From Bugula neritina (Eukaryota > Animalia > Bryozoa), in assembly GCA_964035545.1 (NCBI GenBank), contig OZ037767.1, positions 26,800,628 through 26,864,627 on the forward strand: a stretch of DNA of 64,000 nucleotides, given 5' to 3'. Below are positions 61,710 through 64,000 of this stretch, one piece after another (within the stretch, counting starts at the first letter, position 1; the number at the start of each line of letters is the position of its first letter). The notes under the pieces are model-generated. The model worked only from the letters and a program-made list of their open reading frames with translations, had not been told where the DNA came from and made no database searches. The position numbers and the translations under genes are program-made.

Positions 61710-63910
61710 ATGCATGAAGTGCCTAACAAATCAACATACGGCGTTAACGGCGTTGACTATTGGCTGTTGGGTAATAATTCACAGCAACAGTTTCTGCGGA
61801 GCTACATTCAATGTAAGCAACATGGCCGATTTTATACACACTATAGTACTTATGTGCTAACATCATTAAATAAGTACTTTTTAATAATAATGAGTGCAAA
61901 TTGATTGCATGCTTGGTAATTATTAACCAGAAATTTAGCAAAAGTTAATTTGTTTGTGATTTGGTTATTTACTGTTTTGATAATAAAGTAATAACATTTA
62001 ATTCAATTTCTTAAAGCCATTGGGCCAATCAGGCATTTGCCTTTGGCTTTAAGTTTGACTCACAGTCACTAACTTTGAGTCTGAGCATGGCTATTTATTA
62101 GTTCGCGTGGTTCATGGGCTATTAAAGTAGAATTATTACCACAGAATGATAACACTAAATTTACACAAAAATATTGATTGCATCCAATTTCAAAAGTATT
62201 AAAACGCTAACGTACCACTTTTAGTTTTAGCATCTGGTGACGTAGGCGCCGCAGTCATATTGATATTTGATTTTATTGGTAATACTAATAGTACTAGTAT
62301 TACTAGCAGTATTAAAATTAAAGATGAATCTAAAAAATGATCATTATGATTATCACAACGGTTACACTACTATTAGTAGTGCTGTTGTAATCACTGACAA
62401 TCATTATAGTTTATACTTTATAATGATAATCATGATGATATTGATAATGTCAATGATATTCTAGTTTTAGTTTGTATTACTTATTATATAATGCAGTATT
62501 CAGTAGGCATTATTATTGGTTAAACTATTGTAGCTCAACTGCTTTTTATTGTTTGCTTCAAGTTTTATATCTAAGACTTGTTGCCCTTTACAGCAGTAAA
62601 GTAGCTAAATATGCTCTTTTAGATAGCACTATGGAGACGAACTCCAATCAACTCGCTGCAAGAGCTGTGTCACCAGAAGGCCAAAGAGAGGAGACAGAAA
62701 GCGATTCTGCTGACGAAGACAATGATGAGTTAGACGGCGCTGCCATAGAGAGCAACGTACATATTCAGGAAGAGGCAGTAGATGTTGAGGATTCTGGCAA
62801 GTTTTATGTTCAGAGATTAATTAACAGTGAATATAAAAGGTCTGGTGGATCTACCACAGTCCATGAAAATAGGTTTTGTCTAGATACAACATTGAACTTA
62901 GTCTGACTAGAAAACCTTAAATTTTGCTGTTAAAATGTCATTTTCTAATCAGAAGACATTAGTTTGGATGGAGTACATCTCAAGGGTAGCTTCTATCAAC
63001 TGGCTGTTTAAAATCTGTTTGCAATTAAGTATATTTGAGTGGGGATGAATGGTATGAAAGGGTTATTATAAATCTGAATTGACCATTCACCTCATTGCTT
63101 ATGAAGTGTTTTGCAAAATTCTGTAAACTCTCTGATACCTTGTCTCTTAAAATCTAGAAAGTTCTCATGAATATTGATTTGTGATAAATTTTTAGCAAAA
63201 TTCAGCCAGCTAGCTACATGCCGATGATTATGAATATTATATTTTTTCAAGACTAACAAATATGACATAGATTAATTAATATATACTGGAAATTTAGGTA
63301 ATCAATATATATAGGATAAAGTTATCTCTTTTAGGTGCTAAACATACATCAGTGGAGCCTCCAAGACTGATCATACTCTCTAATAGAGTGAAGTTTAGTC
63401 ACGTCATGGTCTCAACACTCTTACCCAACGTCAAGATGGTGACATTCAAGCATGATCAGTGTGATCTAGATGGAATTCTAAGTATGCTGGCGTAATAATT
63501 ACTGTGGGAAATTTTTACTCCCAATAATGAATTTTTAGTATTATTATCACTATAAAATTGTGTTTATGATAAAATTCATCAATATTTGATTAGTGGTATT
63601 AATTATTATTTTTAAAAACTTATAGTCTTGTAAAACAATGTTGTTCACTATTTAATATGACTCAGATATATGGAATGCATTCAAATGTCATATTTTAAAA
63701 AAATATTTCATATTGGCATTTATTAAATTCAATTTACAGACTTTGAAAATATTTTGCACCAATCCTCTATATGCTTCTAATAATGCACACAGCGTTGTGA
63801 TAATTGTAGGTACAGTTGCAACGTCAGTTCTGTCACAAAAGTTTGAGAGTATAGCTATGATATTCAACTGTTCAGGTGCTACTATCACACTCTGTGGAGC
63901 CAGTGAAAGG
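61710..63910 (+). CDS. 5' part of a gene encoding an acidic N-terminus followed by a DUF4347-like domain; continues beyond the window
   Basis: Possible exon 61710-61812 joins in phase to 62623; otherwise the start is the ATG at 62631. Exon ends at 62796 (GC donor), followed by 63335-63481 and 63810-63910. Translation PPRLIILSNRVKFSHVMVSTLLPNVKMVTFKHDQCDLDGILSTVATSVLSQKFESIAMIF resembles the PRLILISS...IPILY...ESL...SI.IF pattern recalled from ECT2L/NSMF DUF4347-type domains. Confidence 0.65.
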
Positions 63911-64000
63911 GTAATTTGTTTACCTGTATGTCTAATTATCTTATAAATTGTTGATAAACTTGATGGCTTGAATTTATTTTGGAATTTGTGACTATACTAT

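Overview
AT-rich, intron-dense animal genomic DNA, probably invertebrate; the species cannot be determined from the sequence. About 53 kb (177-53378, +) is a complete midasin gene (MDN1/Rea1, roughly 90 coding exons) with six AAA modules, a long linker, a D/E-rich region and a C-terminal MIDAS/VWA domain. Two antisense genes are nested in MDN1 introns: an 8-exon atypical class A GPCR of ~635 aa (18450-22808) and a 450-aa basic coiled-coil ORF (45210-46562). MDN1 introns also hold a tRNA-headed SINE with an 18-bp TSD, a 776-bp MITE with a 3-bp TSD, and many mini- and microsatellites, several of which duplicate splice sites. One MDN1 exon contains a perfect 18-bp AG|GT-containing tandem array that could be spliced out precisely, a candidate intron being born by tandem duplication. 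Downstream are a 7-exon orphan gene (54033-57684, +), an intron-containing, internally deleted P-element/THAP9-type transposase relic (58939-61420, -), and, head-to-head with it, the start of a DUF4347-like gene that runs off the window. All exon models were built by hand from splice signals and reading-frame phase. Family assignments rest on recalled motifs, not database searches.
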